From the NCBI GenBank assembly GCA_964369795.1, contig CAYJGX010000006.1, positions 1,499-53,884 on the forward strand: DNA of 52,386 nt, read 5' to 3'. The notes beneath the pieces were generated by a model that was not told where the DNA came from, did no database searches, and saw only the letters and a list, made by a program, of their open reading frames with translations. Of the stretch, positions 27,257 to 36,458 are shown in pieces. The DNA is from an uncultured Spirochaetaceae bacterium. GTDB lineage: Bacteria > Spirochaetota > Spirochaetia > JAFGXN01. A program made the position numbers and the translations under genes. The stretch's first letter is position 1. Every line of letters starts with the position of its first letter.

Positions 27257-27541
27257 TTAAACAAATAAGTCGTTCAACATTCGTTCTGCGACAATTTTAA
27301 GTTTGTCATCGCTAAAGTAATTTGGATCTTTCATCGCTTCCATTACTTGAGCAATTCGGTGTTCTCGTACATCGGGTGCCGCATTCACTTGTTGTGTAAT
27401 TTCATAAATTTCGTTCATTGCAATTGCATCGTCGGAAATTTGAACAACATCAGAAGTATCTGCTTTTTTTACAGGAGCAGTTTGATTTAGTTTGTTTAGC
27501 CCTTTGATTGGGTTGATTCCTATTAGTTTATCTATCATCAT
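27257..27541 (-). CDS. flgM: Anti-sigma-28 factor FlgM-like protein
   Basis: The 94-aa product has the FlgM-like C-terminal pattern DVREHRIAQVMEAMKDPNY...KIVAERMLN. Confidence 0.6.
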   Translation of the reverse strand: MMIDKLIGINPIKGLNKLNQTAPVKKADTSDVVQISDDAIAMNEIYEITQQVNAAPDVREHRIAQVMEAMKDPNYFSDDKLKIVAERMLNDLFV

Positions 27542-27583
27542 ATTAGATTCCTCACTTCCTTATCGGCACATTCTCTTTATATC

Positions 27584-28264
27584 TTAACTCTTTTTTTGCC
27601 CATTGACAAGCAAAATAAATTCACCTTTGATTGATTCTCTATTAGAAAAGGCAAAAAAGAGCTCTTTCGCTGTCCCTTCAAGCAATTCTTCATGCTTTTT
27701 GGTTAGTTCACGTCCAATGAACAACGTCCTCTCACTATCTATATCGGAAATATCTTTTAAAAGTTTAACGATTCGGAAGGGAGATTCGTAAAAAATTGTC
27801 GACTCTTCACGTGCCATGTATTCCTCGACAGCGCGTTTTCGTTTGCCACTTTTAGGGCTTAAAAAACCTACGAAGGTGAAGCCCTTTCCGCTATGCGACG
27901 CGGCGCTCATTAATGTAGTGACAGCACTCGCGCCGGGGATTGGGACAATTTCAAAGCCCGCTTCGCGCACCGCCCCAGCAAGGCGTGCACCGGGGTCGCT
28001 GATGCCGGGAGTCCCCGCATCGCTAACAAAGGCGGCATCTTCGCCCGATTCTAGGTGGGCGATGATTTTTTCCGCGGCATAAAGTTCATTTTGTGCACGG
28101 CAGCTAATAAGGCGGGTATGAATTCCATAGTGGTTAAACAATCCCATGCTGTGGCGTGTGTCCTCGCACCCGATAAGAGAGACGGATTTGAGCACCTCGA
28201 CGGCTCGGTAGGTCATGTCAGAAAGGTTGCCTATTGGGGTTGCAACCATATAAAGAATTGGCAT
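27584..28264 (-). CDS. rsmI: 16S rRNA (cytidine1402-2'-O)-methyltransferase
   Basis: The N-terminus LYMVATPIGNLSDMTYRAVEVLK...GCEDTRHS is typical of RsmI. Confidence 0.9.
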   Translation of the reverse strand: MPILYMVATPIGNLSDMTYRAVEVLKSVSLIGCEDTRHSMGLFNHYGIHTRLISCRAQNELYAAEKIIAHLESGEDAAFVSDAGTPGISDPGARLAGAVREAGFEIVPIPGASAVTTLMSAASHSGKGFTFVGFLSPKSGKRKRAVEEYMAREESTIFYESPFRIVKLLKDISDIDSERTLFIGRELTKKHEELLEGTAKELFFAFSNRESIKGEFILLVNGQKKS

Positions 28265-28273
28265 AATGCCTCC

Positions 28274-28720
28274 TTATTTTTGATCGAGAGCCATCATTTT
28301 ATCGATTCTAGATTGATGGCGTCCTCCTTGAAATTGTGCACTGATAAAAGCTTCTAGTATTTCGGTAATCGGTTGAGTATATTCAACCCGTCCGCCGAAT
28401 ACAATAAAATTTGCATTGTTGTGTTCTTTTGCCATAGTTGCCGCATAACTGTTTTGTGGCAGAGCCGCTCGAATCCCTGGAACCTTATTTGCTGCCATCG
28501 AAATTCCCATTCCTGTTCCGCAGAGTAAAATTCCAAAATCGTAATTATTTTCGTTTTCTAAAAATTCATTGCAGACATTTTCTGCAATATCGGGATAATC
28601 GATTGATATTTCGCTGTCGACACCTTTGTTCACGACAGTAATTCCTTTTTGTTCTAAGTAATGAACAAGAAGTAGCTTTGATTCGACAGCACCGTGGTCG
28701 TTGCCGATTATAACTTTCAT
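28274..28720 (-). CDS. rpiB: Ribose-5-phosphate isomerase B (RpiB/LacA/LacB family)
   Basis: The motifs IGNDHGAV and LCGTGMGISMAANKVPGIRAA are present. Confidence 0.9.
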   Translation of the reverse strand: MKVIIGNDHGAVESKLLLVHYLEQKGITVVNKGVDSEISIDYPDIAENVCNEFLENENNYDFGILLCGTGMGISMAANKVPGIRAALPQNSYAATMAKEHNNANFIVFGGRVEYTQPITEILEAFISAQFQGGRHQSRIDKMMALDQK

Positions 28721-28852
28721 ATAGTGGACTCCTCATTTTCCTATTTATAATTTAATTATAGCAAATAGAGAGATAAAAGATAAAGTAAAAGCCTCCTTTA
28801 AACTTGATTTTTTGCAAAAATTTGGCTACCTTATTATTAAGAAGAGGTTAGT

Positions 28853-29431
28853 ATGGCAGAATGCAACAAAGAAAAGAAAGAAAAAAATCCCGATCTACTT
28901 AACGAAAAGTTTTTAGAAACTCGTACCGTCTTGCTCACAGGAGAAGTGAACAAAGAATTAGCGGACAAGGTCATTCGCCAGTTGCTACTACTAGAGAGTA
29001 TCTCTTCGGATCCAATCAAAATTTTTATTGACTCCCCAGGTGGCGATGTCGATGCCGGATTTGCCATCTTTGACATGATCCGATTTATAACTCCTAAAGT
29101 CACTCTAGTTGGGATGGGGTTGGTTGCAAGCGCCGCTGCCCTTATTTTATTGGCAGTCCCTAAAAATCAACGAGTTGGCTTACCTAATTCGCGTTATCTG
29201 CTACATCAACCGATGTCGGGAAGAATGCAGGGGGTCGCTACCGATCTTGCTATTCACGCAGAAGAAATTGAAAAAACCCGCGCAAAAATCAATGCAGTCA
29301 TTGCTAAAGCAACAGGGACTGCCCTAGCTAAGGTTGCAGCGGACACCGAGCGCGATTTCTGGCTCGATGCTAACGAATCACTAGATTACGGCTTAATTCA
29401 TAAAGTAGTTTCTACCCGTAAAGAGCTTTAA
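28853..29431 (+). CDS. clpP: ATP-dependent Clp protease proteolytic subunit
   Basis: The motifs IDSPGGDVDAG, GLVASAAALIL (Ser), LLHQP (His) and ERDFWLDA (Asp) are present. Confidence 0.9.
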   Translation: MAECNKEKKEKNPDLLNEKFLETRTVLLTGEVNKELADKVIRQLLLLESISSDPIKIFIDSPGGDVDAGFAIFDMIRFITPKVTLVGMGLVASAAALILLAVPKNQRVGLPNSRYLLHQPMSGRMQGVATDLAIHAEEIEKTRAKINAVIAKATGTALAKVAADTERDFWLDANESLDYGLIHKVVSTRKEL

Positions 29432-30355
29432 ATGAAATCTTCTCGTTTTTTATCAATCTATTTTCCCGCTATATTTGCCTCGCTTCTTTGGGCTATTCCT
29501 TTTGCAGGAATAAAGATTGGATTACAGTATATGACCCCATTTATGTTTGCCGGAGTTCGGTTTATGCTCTCTGGGGTTTTCGTTTTGCTCTATATTGCCG
29601 CTATAAATAAATTCCAACTCCGGCGAGTTTGGGATAAGCGTCCTGCTGTAAAGGATTTGCTTGTTGTCGCACTTTTTCAAACCGTATTCATGTATGTTCT
29701 TTATTACCTTGGGCTCGATTGGGTTCCGGGTGCGGAATCTGCCATTCTAATGGGAGCTTCACCGCTTGTCATCGCTATGCTAGCCCATTTTACAAGTAAT
29801 GGGAGCGACCGGATGCATGCACGAAAGGTTTTTTCGCTACTATTAGGTTTTTCTGGCGTAATATTGATGGCGGTTAACAAACAATTTTCAGAGAGTGCAA
29901 ATTGGACACTGGGTTTAGGGATGGCCTTCTTGTTTGTCTCAATTATTATGGGAGGAATTGGGCAATTGTATATCAAGAAAAAAGATGTTCCAGATATTAT
30001 TTTACTAAATGGGTTGCAATTGTTTTTAGGTGGGATGGTTCTTATTATCTTGTCGAGTCTATTTGAAGGCAATCCTATCCGAATGGAGTCGGGTTTAGAT
30101 CTTCGTTTTTACACAGTGTTGATGCTTTTATCGCTTATTTCAGCTGTTGCCTTTTCTGTTTGGTATAAGCTCATTAATCGAAAAGATGTCAAAGTTTCGG
30201 AAGTCAATCTCGTTAAATTTTTGATACCCGTTTTTGGTTCTATTTTTGCTTGGATTATTCTCCCAAATGAACATTTTAATTTAATTAGTTTTTTTGGCAT
30301 GTTGTTAATAGCTAGCTCAATCCTCTTCTATTTCTCAAGAAATAAAAATAGTTAA
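29432..30355 (+). CDS. DMT superfamily (EamA-like) transporter
   Basis: The product is a ~10-TM protein with two EamA-like halves. Its ATG directly abuts the clpP stop codon. Confidence 0.8.
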   Translation: MKSSRFLSIYFPAIFASLLWAIPFAGIKIGLQYMTPFMFAGVRFMLSGVFVLLYIAAINKFQLRRVWDKRPAVKDLLVVALFQTVFMYVLYYLGLDWVPGAESAILMGASPLVIAMLAHFTSNGSDRMHARKVFSLLLGFSGVILMAVNKQFSESANWTLGLGMAFLFVSIIMGGIGQLYIKKKDVPDIILLNGLQLFLGGMVLIILSSLFEGNPIRMESGLDLRFYTVLMLLSLISAVAFSVWYKLINRKDVKVSEVNLVKFLIPVFGSIFAWIILPNEHFNLISFFGMLLIASSILFYFSRNKNS

Positions 30356-30394
30356 GAGAGCCATCAATTCGTCCGAAAATAATACAAAGGAGGA

Positions 30395-31159
30395 TTGATG
30401 AGAGCTTTTGTCTCTGCCGAGTTAATATCAGCAGTAAAAATTTTATTTGGCGCCGCAAATGAATACAACGATTTTGTCGTTCCAGAGCGTGCATTAATTA
30501 AAGCCGCCTTTAGAAAAAAAGTAAAACTCTTTCATCCCGACCTTGCTGTTCAATCTTCCATGAGCGAGGAGCGATTGCGCTCAATTTTTTTAAAAATCAG
30601 TTCTGCTTACGATATGCTCATCAATTACTGGAATGAAGAGGGTAAAGGCAATACGATTGCATATAATTCTCAATTTTATGGTCGCTATAATCAATATGAA
30701 GTAAAACCCAATATTCCTGTGCCCACTACAGGCTACATGACGCAAGATTATTATTATCGGGGAGAATTGCCGCTACGCAAACTTCGATTTGGAGAATTTT
30801 TATTTTATACAGGTAGAATTAACTGGCGCACTTTTATGGATGCCCTAGTTTATCAATGCCAAACACGCCAAATGCTTGGCAGCGTTTGTGTCGATGCCGG
30901 TTTTATTGATGATAATGATGTACAAAATATTATGGCAAATCGTCGAATTTTAGAGAGTGAAAAATTTGGCGATGCAGCTATCCGCTTAGGTTATCTTTCA
31001 AAACAAGAAATAAGTTATGCTCTACGAAAGCAATATGCTTTTGGACAACCCTTTGGAAAGTATTTCTTAGATAAGAATATTTTTTCTAAGCGACTGTTGC
31101 AACAATTACTAAGCGAGTTTCATAATAGAAATTTTCAATTGTCATTGATGGCAAGCTAA
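30395..31159 (+). CDS. J-domain protein with C-terminal tandem T2SSE_N/MshEN-like 24-residue motifs
   Basis: The J-domain reads AFRKKVKLFHPDLA...ISSAYDMLI. Four consecutive motifs of the form [RK][LF]Gxx..xxGx[IL]....L..AL..Q span 30785-31120. Confidence 0.7.
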   Translation: MMRAFVSAELISAVKILFGAANEYNDFVVPERALIKAAFRKKVKLFHPDLAVQSSMSEERLRSIFLKISSAYDMLINYWNEEGKGNTIAYNSQFYGRYNQYEVKPNIPVPTTGYMTQDYYYRGELPLRKLRFGEFLFYTGRINWRTFMDALVYQCQTRQMLGSVCVDAGFIDDNDVQNIMANRRILESEKFGDAAIRLGYLSKQEISYALRKQYAFGQPFGKYFLDKNIFSKRLLQQLLSEFHNRNFQLSLMAS

Positions 31160-31166
31160 AAGCTCG

Positions 31167-32129
31167 TTAATCTGTTTTTCCGTATCTTTCAAGGACTTTA
31201 TCTAAATCTGGCATAGCGGGGATTCCACCTCGCTTTTCTATGCATAGGCTTGCAACAGCATTTCCAAACCTAGCAAATTCGGCTAATTTATCGAGTGTTA
31301 CCGTAGAAAGAGTCGCTTTTTGTTTAATAAACTCCGATAAAAAACCGCCAAAAAAAGAATCGCCCGCTCCTGTCGTATCGCAGACAGTAGACGGCCTAAA
31401 TCCATCAACTAATATCCCTATCCCCTTTTGCGAAACCCAGACCCCTTTATCTCCTAAAGTGACGCAAACAATATCGACCCCTAGAGAATTAAGCGCTTTC
31501 CCAGCTAAGACGGGGTCTGATTCTCCTGTTAAAAGGTGACTTTCTTCATCCGAAATTTTCATGATATTGACAAAAGGAATAAGTGAACGCATTGCCGTTA
31601 TAGCTGCATTTTCATTGGGCCAGAGAGATGCTCTATAATTTGGATCATAGGAGACAATTACATTATTTAGTTTTGCAATATTTATTGCATGCATTGTGGC
31701 AGATTTTGCGGGTTCGTTTGTTAACGAAAGCGATCCAATATGAAAAATTTTTGATGTTTTTATCAAATCCTCATCGACTTCAGTAGGATCAAGCATAATA
31801 TCGGCACTGTTTTTTCTAGAAAATGAGAAATTTCGTTCACCCGTTTCGGAAATTCCAACAAAAGCTAGGGTTGTGAAGTAATTGTCGGAAACAATAAGAT
31901 TTTTTGTCTCTATTCCAGCATTTCGCATTGTTTGTTTTAAAAACAAACCGTGCATATCATTGCCAACCTTTCCAATAAATGCCGTTTTTAAACCACATTT
32001 GTTAGCGCTTGCAAGTAAATTACAGGGTGCACCACCTGCATTTTGTTCGAATAATTTTTGGCCGTCTTTTGAGAGTCCATTATAAGTAAAATCAATTAAG
32101 GCTTCGCCTAGAGCAACTATATCTGTCAT
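31167..32129 (-). CDS. PfkB-family carbohydrate kinase (fructokinase-like)
   Basis: The motifs GGAPCN and DTTGAGDSFFGGF are present. Confidence 0.85.
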   Translation of the reverse strand: MTDIVALGEALIDFTYNGLSKDGQKLFEQNAGGAPCNLLASANKCGLKTAFIGKVGNDMHGLFLKQTMRNAGIETKNLIVSDNYFTTLAFVGISETGERNFSFSRKNSADIMLDPTEVDEDLIKTSKIFHIGSLSLTNEPAKSATMHAINIAKLNNVIVSYDPNYRASLWPNENAAITAMRSLIPFVNIMKISDEESHLLTGESDPVLAGKALNSLGVDIVCVTLGDKGVWVSQKGIGILVDGFRPSTVCDTTGAGDSFFGGFLSEFIKQKATLSTVTLDKLAEFARFGNAVASLCIEKRGGIPAMPDLDKVLERYGKTD

Positions 32130-32138
32130 ATTATGCGC

Positions 32139-32816
32139 CTACTTTGCAACAGGGTATTCGTTACATAATAGTCGATAAGGTTCTTCGTCTTCAATTATTT
32201 GGGGAAACCGACCCACATTTTCGTGAAAACGATTATCTGTGTTATCATCGTTGCACATAGAAACTTCACCAATTAGGACATCGCCAGTTCCTTCTTTTAC
32301 ATCAAAATCATGATATTGATGAGGCCACAGCGTGATACTTTCGCCTGGAGTCAGTTCAATTCCAGTGCCTGCTTTTACATAGAAAGAGCGACCGTCCATA
32401 TTTACTAAAACATCACTGTCGCAAAGTTCCCCATTGTTGTCATTGTAAATGTGAATAATGAGGGTGCCACCGCCACGGTTGATAATATCTTCGCTTTTCT
32501 TCCAGTGGAAATGCATAGGAGAGTGCTGTCCTTCTTTTAACATCAGTAATTTTTCTGCATATGTTTTTTTATATTTTGGATTGCCTAAATTGCCATTTCG
32601 GATAGTAATTAATGCAAATCCTACCTTGTCAAAATCGCCTTTGCCGTAATCCGTGATGTCCCATCCTAACATGTTATCTCGAATTTCATCGTATTCTGCA
32701 TTTTTGCTTTGCCAATCTTCGGGGGTAAAATGGCAAAATGGAGGGAGAGCAAATTTATATTCATTTATTAAATTTTCCATCTCTTTAATAGCTTTATTGA
32801 TTTCTGATCTTTTCAT
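32139..32816 (-). CDS. D-lyxose/D-mannose family sugar isomerase (cupin)
   Basis: The product is ~225 aa with a HFHWKKSEDIINRGGG cupin core typical of D-lyxose ketol-isomerases. Confidence 0.75.
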   Translation of the reverse strand: MKRSEINKAIKEMENLINEYKFALPPFCHFTPEDWQSKNAEYDEIRDNMLGWDITDYGKGDFDKVGFALITIRNGNLGNPKYKKTYAEKLLMLKEGQHSPMHFHWKKSEDIINRGGGTLIIHIYNDNNGELCDSDVLVNMDGRSFYVKAGTGIELTPGESITLWPHQYHDFDVKEGTGDVLIGEVSMCNDDNTDNRFHENVGRFPQIIEDEEPYRLLCNEYPVAK

Positions 32817-32836
32817 AAAAATACCTCTATATTTTA

Positions 32837-34396
32837 TTATTTTTTGATTAGGAATAGGGCAACACCATGCTTTGGAATTCGAAGTGAAATTGGGGAAGAA
32901 TCATATTTTTCTTGACTCCAAACTTCTAGAACACTAGCAGGCGAGAATCCTGCGATCTTAGAAAAATTAAGATTGATGGTCTTCGAAATTCCCCAATGAT
33001 TAAAGCATGCGACAGCCTTATCGCCATTGTACAGCTCTTTGACCAAAATGGAATGACTTGCTGTTTTTTTGAATGTCGTAGGAGGTAAGCCTAGTGGATC
33101 TTGATTAATGTCGATGAGGTCACTGTTTGTTAAGAGGTCGATAGTGGGTTGATCAAGAACCGTTAGGTCGCAGCTTAGCAAAAGTGGGGCAGAGTTAATC
33201 CCCCAGAAGGAGAGTTGAGTTTTTTGTTCGTCGTAGGTTAGGCGCGTAGGAACAGGTTTTTTGATTAACGTATTAGGTGTTCCAAAGGAGCCTACTTGGA
33301 GCATATCGGGGTCGTTCCAGTGTCCAGGACTCATGAAGGGACGCCATTTGTCCTGAGAGTTCATAATATGAGAGATTGAATACCATGAATCATGGATGTC
33401 ACCGGTCGTTCTCCATAAGTTTGACCATTTAGCAAGACCTTCTGCATCTTCGATAGGTGCTGTGTTAGATAGAGAGAGTATAATATCGCGACCACTCTTT
33501 CGAAGCTCTTCGTAGTAGCGCTTTGTGGTTGGAACATCGTTAGGATTCCAGTCTAGTTTAAGATAATCGAAGCCCCATGTAGCCCATTGTTTAATGTCTA
33601 TGTGGGAGAATGAATATTTTCCAAATCTATCTACTCTCCGAGAATGTAATCCAGGATAGCGCCCATAAATTTGGTTCTCTTGATATCTTAAATTTGGGGC
33701 AAGCGTATTAGGAGAATCGCCTCCATCTTCAAAATCGGAGCTACTCCCTCTAAACCCAGCATAGGTTCCAATCCACGGAGTGGAATAGATACCTGCTTTA
33801 AGTCCGAGTGCGTGTATTTCATCGGTTAAGGCTTTCATATCGGGGAAACGGTCATTTCCCTGGAGAGCACCGTCAATCGTATGGGGTGTAGTTCCTTTTG
33901 CGACACGAGTTCCTTGCCAACAGTCATCGATGTTAATATAAGTCCAACCATAATTGATGAGACCAGAGCTGACCATCGCTTTTGCTGTTTCTATTATTTT
34001 TTCATGGGAAACGGACTCGCTCCAACTATACCAAGAATTCCAACCCATTGGGGGGGTTAAAGAAATTTCTTCGCCGACAACTAAATCCCATTTCCGAGAA
34101 ATTTGTGCCCCAGCGGCGTCTGTAACTTGAACGTCCATTGAGTAAGTCCCAGGAGTCGTAACCGATCCTGAAATAATCCCTGTTGAGGTATCGATAGTTA
34201 CATTATCTGGGAAACCAGCGAGAGAAAAGGTAAGAGGGAGTTCACCGCCAGAGACGGGAACTTTAAACAAAATCGGATGGTCGGGTCGAACACCAAAAAC
34301 GCGTGCACCATTGATTCGCATCTTTTGCTCTTGAGCGAAAAGAGGGACTGCGGTTAACATTAAAAAAAATGTTACCAATTGGGTAATTTTTTTCAT
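32837..34396 (-). CDS. Secreted GH27 alpha-galactosidase with an N-terminal Ig-like domain
   Basis: ATG 34396 follows AAAGGAG and a signal peptide is present. The GH27 motifs are PPMGWNSWYSW, YINIDDCW and DYLKLDW. Confidence 0.85.
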   Translation of the reverse strand: MKKITQLVTFFLMLTAVPLFAQEQKMRINGARVFGVRPDHPILFKVPVSGGELPLTFSLAGFPDNVTIDTSTGIISGSVTTPGTYSMDVQVTDAAGAQISRKWDLVVGEEISLTPPMGWNSWYSWSESVSHEKIIETAKAMVSSGLINYGWTYINIDDCWQGTRVAKGTTPHTIDGALQGNDRFPDMKALTDEIHALGLKAGIYSTPWIGTYAGFRGSSSDFEDGGDSPNTLAPNLRYQENQIYGRYPGLHSRRVDRFGKYSFSHIDIKQWATWGFDYLKLDWNPNDVPTTKRYYEELRKSGRDIILSLSNTAPIEDAEGLAKWSNLWRTTGDIHDSWYSISHIMNSQDKWRPFMSPGHWNDPDMLQVGSFGTPNTLIKKPVPTRLTYDEQKTQLSFWGINSAPLLLSCDLTVLDQPTIDLLTNSDLIDINQDPLGLPPTTFKKTASHSILVKELYNGDKAVACFNHWGISKTINLNFSKIAGFSPASVLEVWSQEKYDSSPISLRIPKHGVALFLIKK

Positions 34397-34503
34397 AAAG
34401 AACTCCTTTTTTAAAAAATATTTTATTTTAACAGGCATTTGTTATATTTTAGTTTATAATAGAATATAGAATTTGTCTAATTAATTTTTTAAAGGAGGAT
34501 ATT

Positions 34504-34728
34504 ATGGCAGAATTCACATTTAAAGTTGAAAAGTCTATTGGGTTTTTGGCAGAAAGAGATAAAAAAGGATTTGCAAAAGAGTTAACTTTCATTAGCTGGA
34601 ATGGGGCAGCACCCAAGTATGATATTCGTGGTTGGGATGAAAATCATGAAAAAATGACAAAAGGAATTACTTTAACAGCAGAAGAGTTAGTGAAATTACG
34701 AGATGTTTTGAACTCCATCGAAGTTTAA
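34504..34728 (+). CDS. PC4/YdbC-like small ssDNA-binding protein
   Basis: The 74-aa product has ISWNGAAPKYDIRGW...KGITLTAEEL, a pattern typical of the YdbC family. Confidence 0.6.
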   Translation: MAEFTFKVEKSIGFLAERDKKGFAKELTFISWNGAAPKYDIRGWDENHEKMTKGITLTAEELVKLRDVLNSIEV

Positions 34729-35681
34729 GAATTCGTAGAAGTAGTCAATTGGGAGTCTAACCATAGAAAGAGATCTTCAAAAAAAAGCTGATTATCTTTT
34801 TCGTTCATTGGCTCATGGCGGGCTCCCGGATATAATGCAACTTTTAAGTTTTTAATTTCGAGTTTTTTGTATTGTTTATATAATTTGACTACCGATTTCC
34901 CGAAATTGCATAGAGCATCGTCTTTGCCAGCGACTAGGAAAATCGGGAGCTCTTTGGGTATTTTCGATCTGTTTGACCGAGAATTATTGCGAGGAAAACT
35001 AGAAACTAAATCTCTGTAAAATGAAATAGAGCCTTCCCATCCACAATAAGGGTCCAAAAGAAACTGTTTTATTCTGTCGGGGTTAGAGCAAATCCAGGCG
35101 TAAACGCTGTCTGTCTCTTTAAAACGCCTCGAGAAATAGCGACAGACTAATTTTTCGATTTTTGGGATAGGGTATCTTGGTCCCGTTTTTTTAATGTAAT
35201 GTTCTAGAAGGCTAACAAGCAGTTTTGGTCCTATAGATGGAAGATAGGTACAACCACAAAGAATAACTCCATTTATGGGGAGAGGGTAGGCGGAGATGCA
35301 TGATTGAGCTATAAATGAGGCCATTGAATGAGCAAGGAGAAAGATGGGGTGATTTGGGTTTTCCCTTGTGATGAAGTTTATTACTTCTGCCATATCTCGT
35401 GTTAAAATTTCCCAGCCATCTTGTTCGGCAATAAACCCACACGCTTCTGGGGCGCCCGCAGTAGCCCCTTCTCCTCTGTGGTCATAGCAGTAGACGGCAA
35501 ATTGTTCCTTCGCCATTCGTAGGGCGTGGGGGAAGTGTGTTCCTTGATGGTCTTGCATGCCATGCACCCAGATTAAGACTGCCTTTGGGTTAGATGGGAT
35601 AAATTTTGTGGCAGCAAGAGGGGTTTTATCAAAAGAGGGGATAAAAAAAGATGTTCTTGAGATGGCTTGCGCTGTTTTCAT
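34725..35681 (-). CDS. Alpha/beta hydrolase, lysophospholipase/monoglyceride-lipase-like
   Basis: The nucleophile elbow is LLAHSMASF, the acid residue lies in VAGKDDAL and the His in PGARHEPMNE. It is the last gene of the minus-strand lipid operon. Confidence 0.7.
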   Translation of the reverse strand: MKTAQAISRTSFFIPSFDKTPLAATKFIPSNPKAVLIWVHGMQDHQGTHFPHALRMAKEQFAVYCYDHRGEGATAGAPEACGFIAEQDGWEILTRDMAEVINFITRENPNHPIFLLAHSMASFIAQSCISAYPLPINGVILCGCTYLPSIGPKLLVSLLEHYIKKTGPRYPIPKIEKLVCRYFSRRFKETDSVYAWICSNPDRIKQFLLDPYCGWEGSISFYRDLVSSFPRNNSRSNRSKIPKELPIFLVAGKDDALCNFGKSVVKLYKQYKKLEIKNLKVALYPGARHEPMNEKDNQLFFEDLFLWLDSQLTTSTNS

Positions 35682-35690
35682 AAATCATAC

Positions 35691-36458
35691 TTAATGTTTT
35701 GTCTTATTTTTGGTAAAACTTCTTCCTATTGGCATTTTTTCCCAAAGCGTAACAGGAAGAAGTTTCCATATTTTAACTAGGCAATGATAGCGCCAGTCAA
35801 TAATAACTTCTCTTTGTTTTTTGTCTATTGCACGAACGATTGCCTTCGCAACTTTTTCAGGAGTCATTTGGAGTGGGTAGTTAGGAAATTCTAGAAAATC
35901 TGTTGAAGTAAAACCAGGTAAAATGCTTGTGAATTTTATTGGATGTTTGTTGACTGTAGAAAGTTGAGAAAGTGAAGAAATATAATAGTCTTGAAAGGCT
36001 TTCGTTGCCGAATAGGCGGCTGAAATTCCGATTCCTTTTGTTCCCGCGATGGAGGTAATAGCTGCAATGTGCCCACCTTGTGGAAGTTGTTTGAAGTAAT
36101 TAAAAATATAAATAATAATACGTAAAAATCCTTCGACATTAGTTTTAGCTACAGCCAGTTCTTCACTCAGTTCTAGGACTGGGTTTACCTTTCCAATTCC
36201 AGAAGCTAAGAAAAAAGTATCTATCCCCCCCATTTCATTTATTAATAGCTGAAGTTTGTCCGTTGCGTCTTCTTGTGTAATGTCGATGGGTTGGTAAAAA
36301 ACTCTATCGGGGGCGAGAGCTTGTAACTCCTCGAGCAACTCGGTTCGCCTCCCTGCGATGCCGACTGTGAGGCCGCGATTGATATACGTTTGTGCAACTC
36401 TTCTGCCTAACCCAGATGTTGCTCCGACAATTAGAATTCTAGAGGGTTTCTTTTGCAT
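35691..36458 (-). CDS. SDR family oxidoreductase
   Basis: The cofactor motif is GATSGLGRR and the YxxxK motif is YSATKAF. Its start overlaps the end of the upstream exporter gene by 20 nt. Confidence 0.85.
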   Translation of the reverse strand: MQKKPSRILIVGATSGLGRRVAQTYINRGLTVGIAGRRTELLEELQALAPDRVFYQPIDITQEDATDKLQLLINEMGGIDTFFLASGIGKVNPVLELSEELAVAKTNVEGFLRIIIYIFNYFKQLPQGGHIAAITSIAGTKGIGISAAYSATKAFQDYYISSLSQLSTVNKHPIKFTSILPGFTSTDFLEFPNYPLQMTPEKVAKAIVRAIDKKQREVIIDWRYHCLVKIWKLLPVTLWEKMPIGRSFTKNKTKH

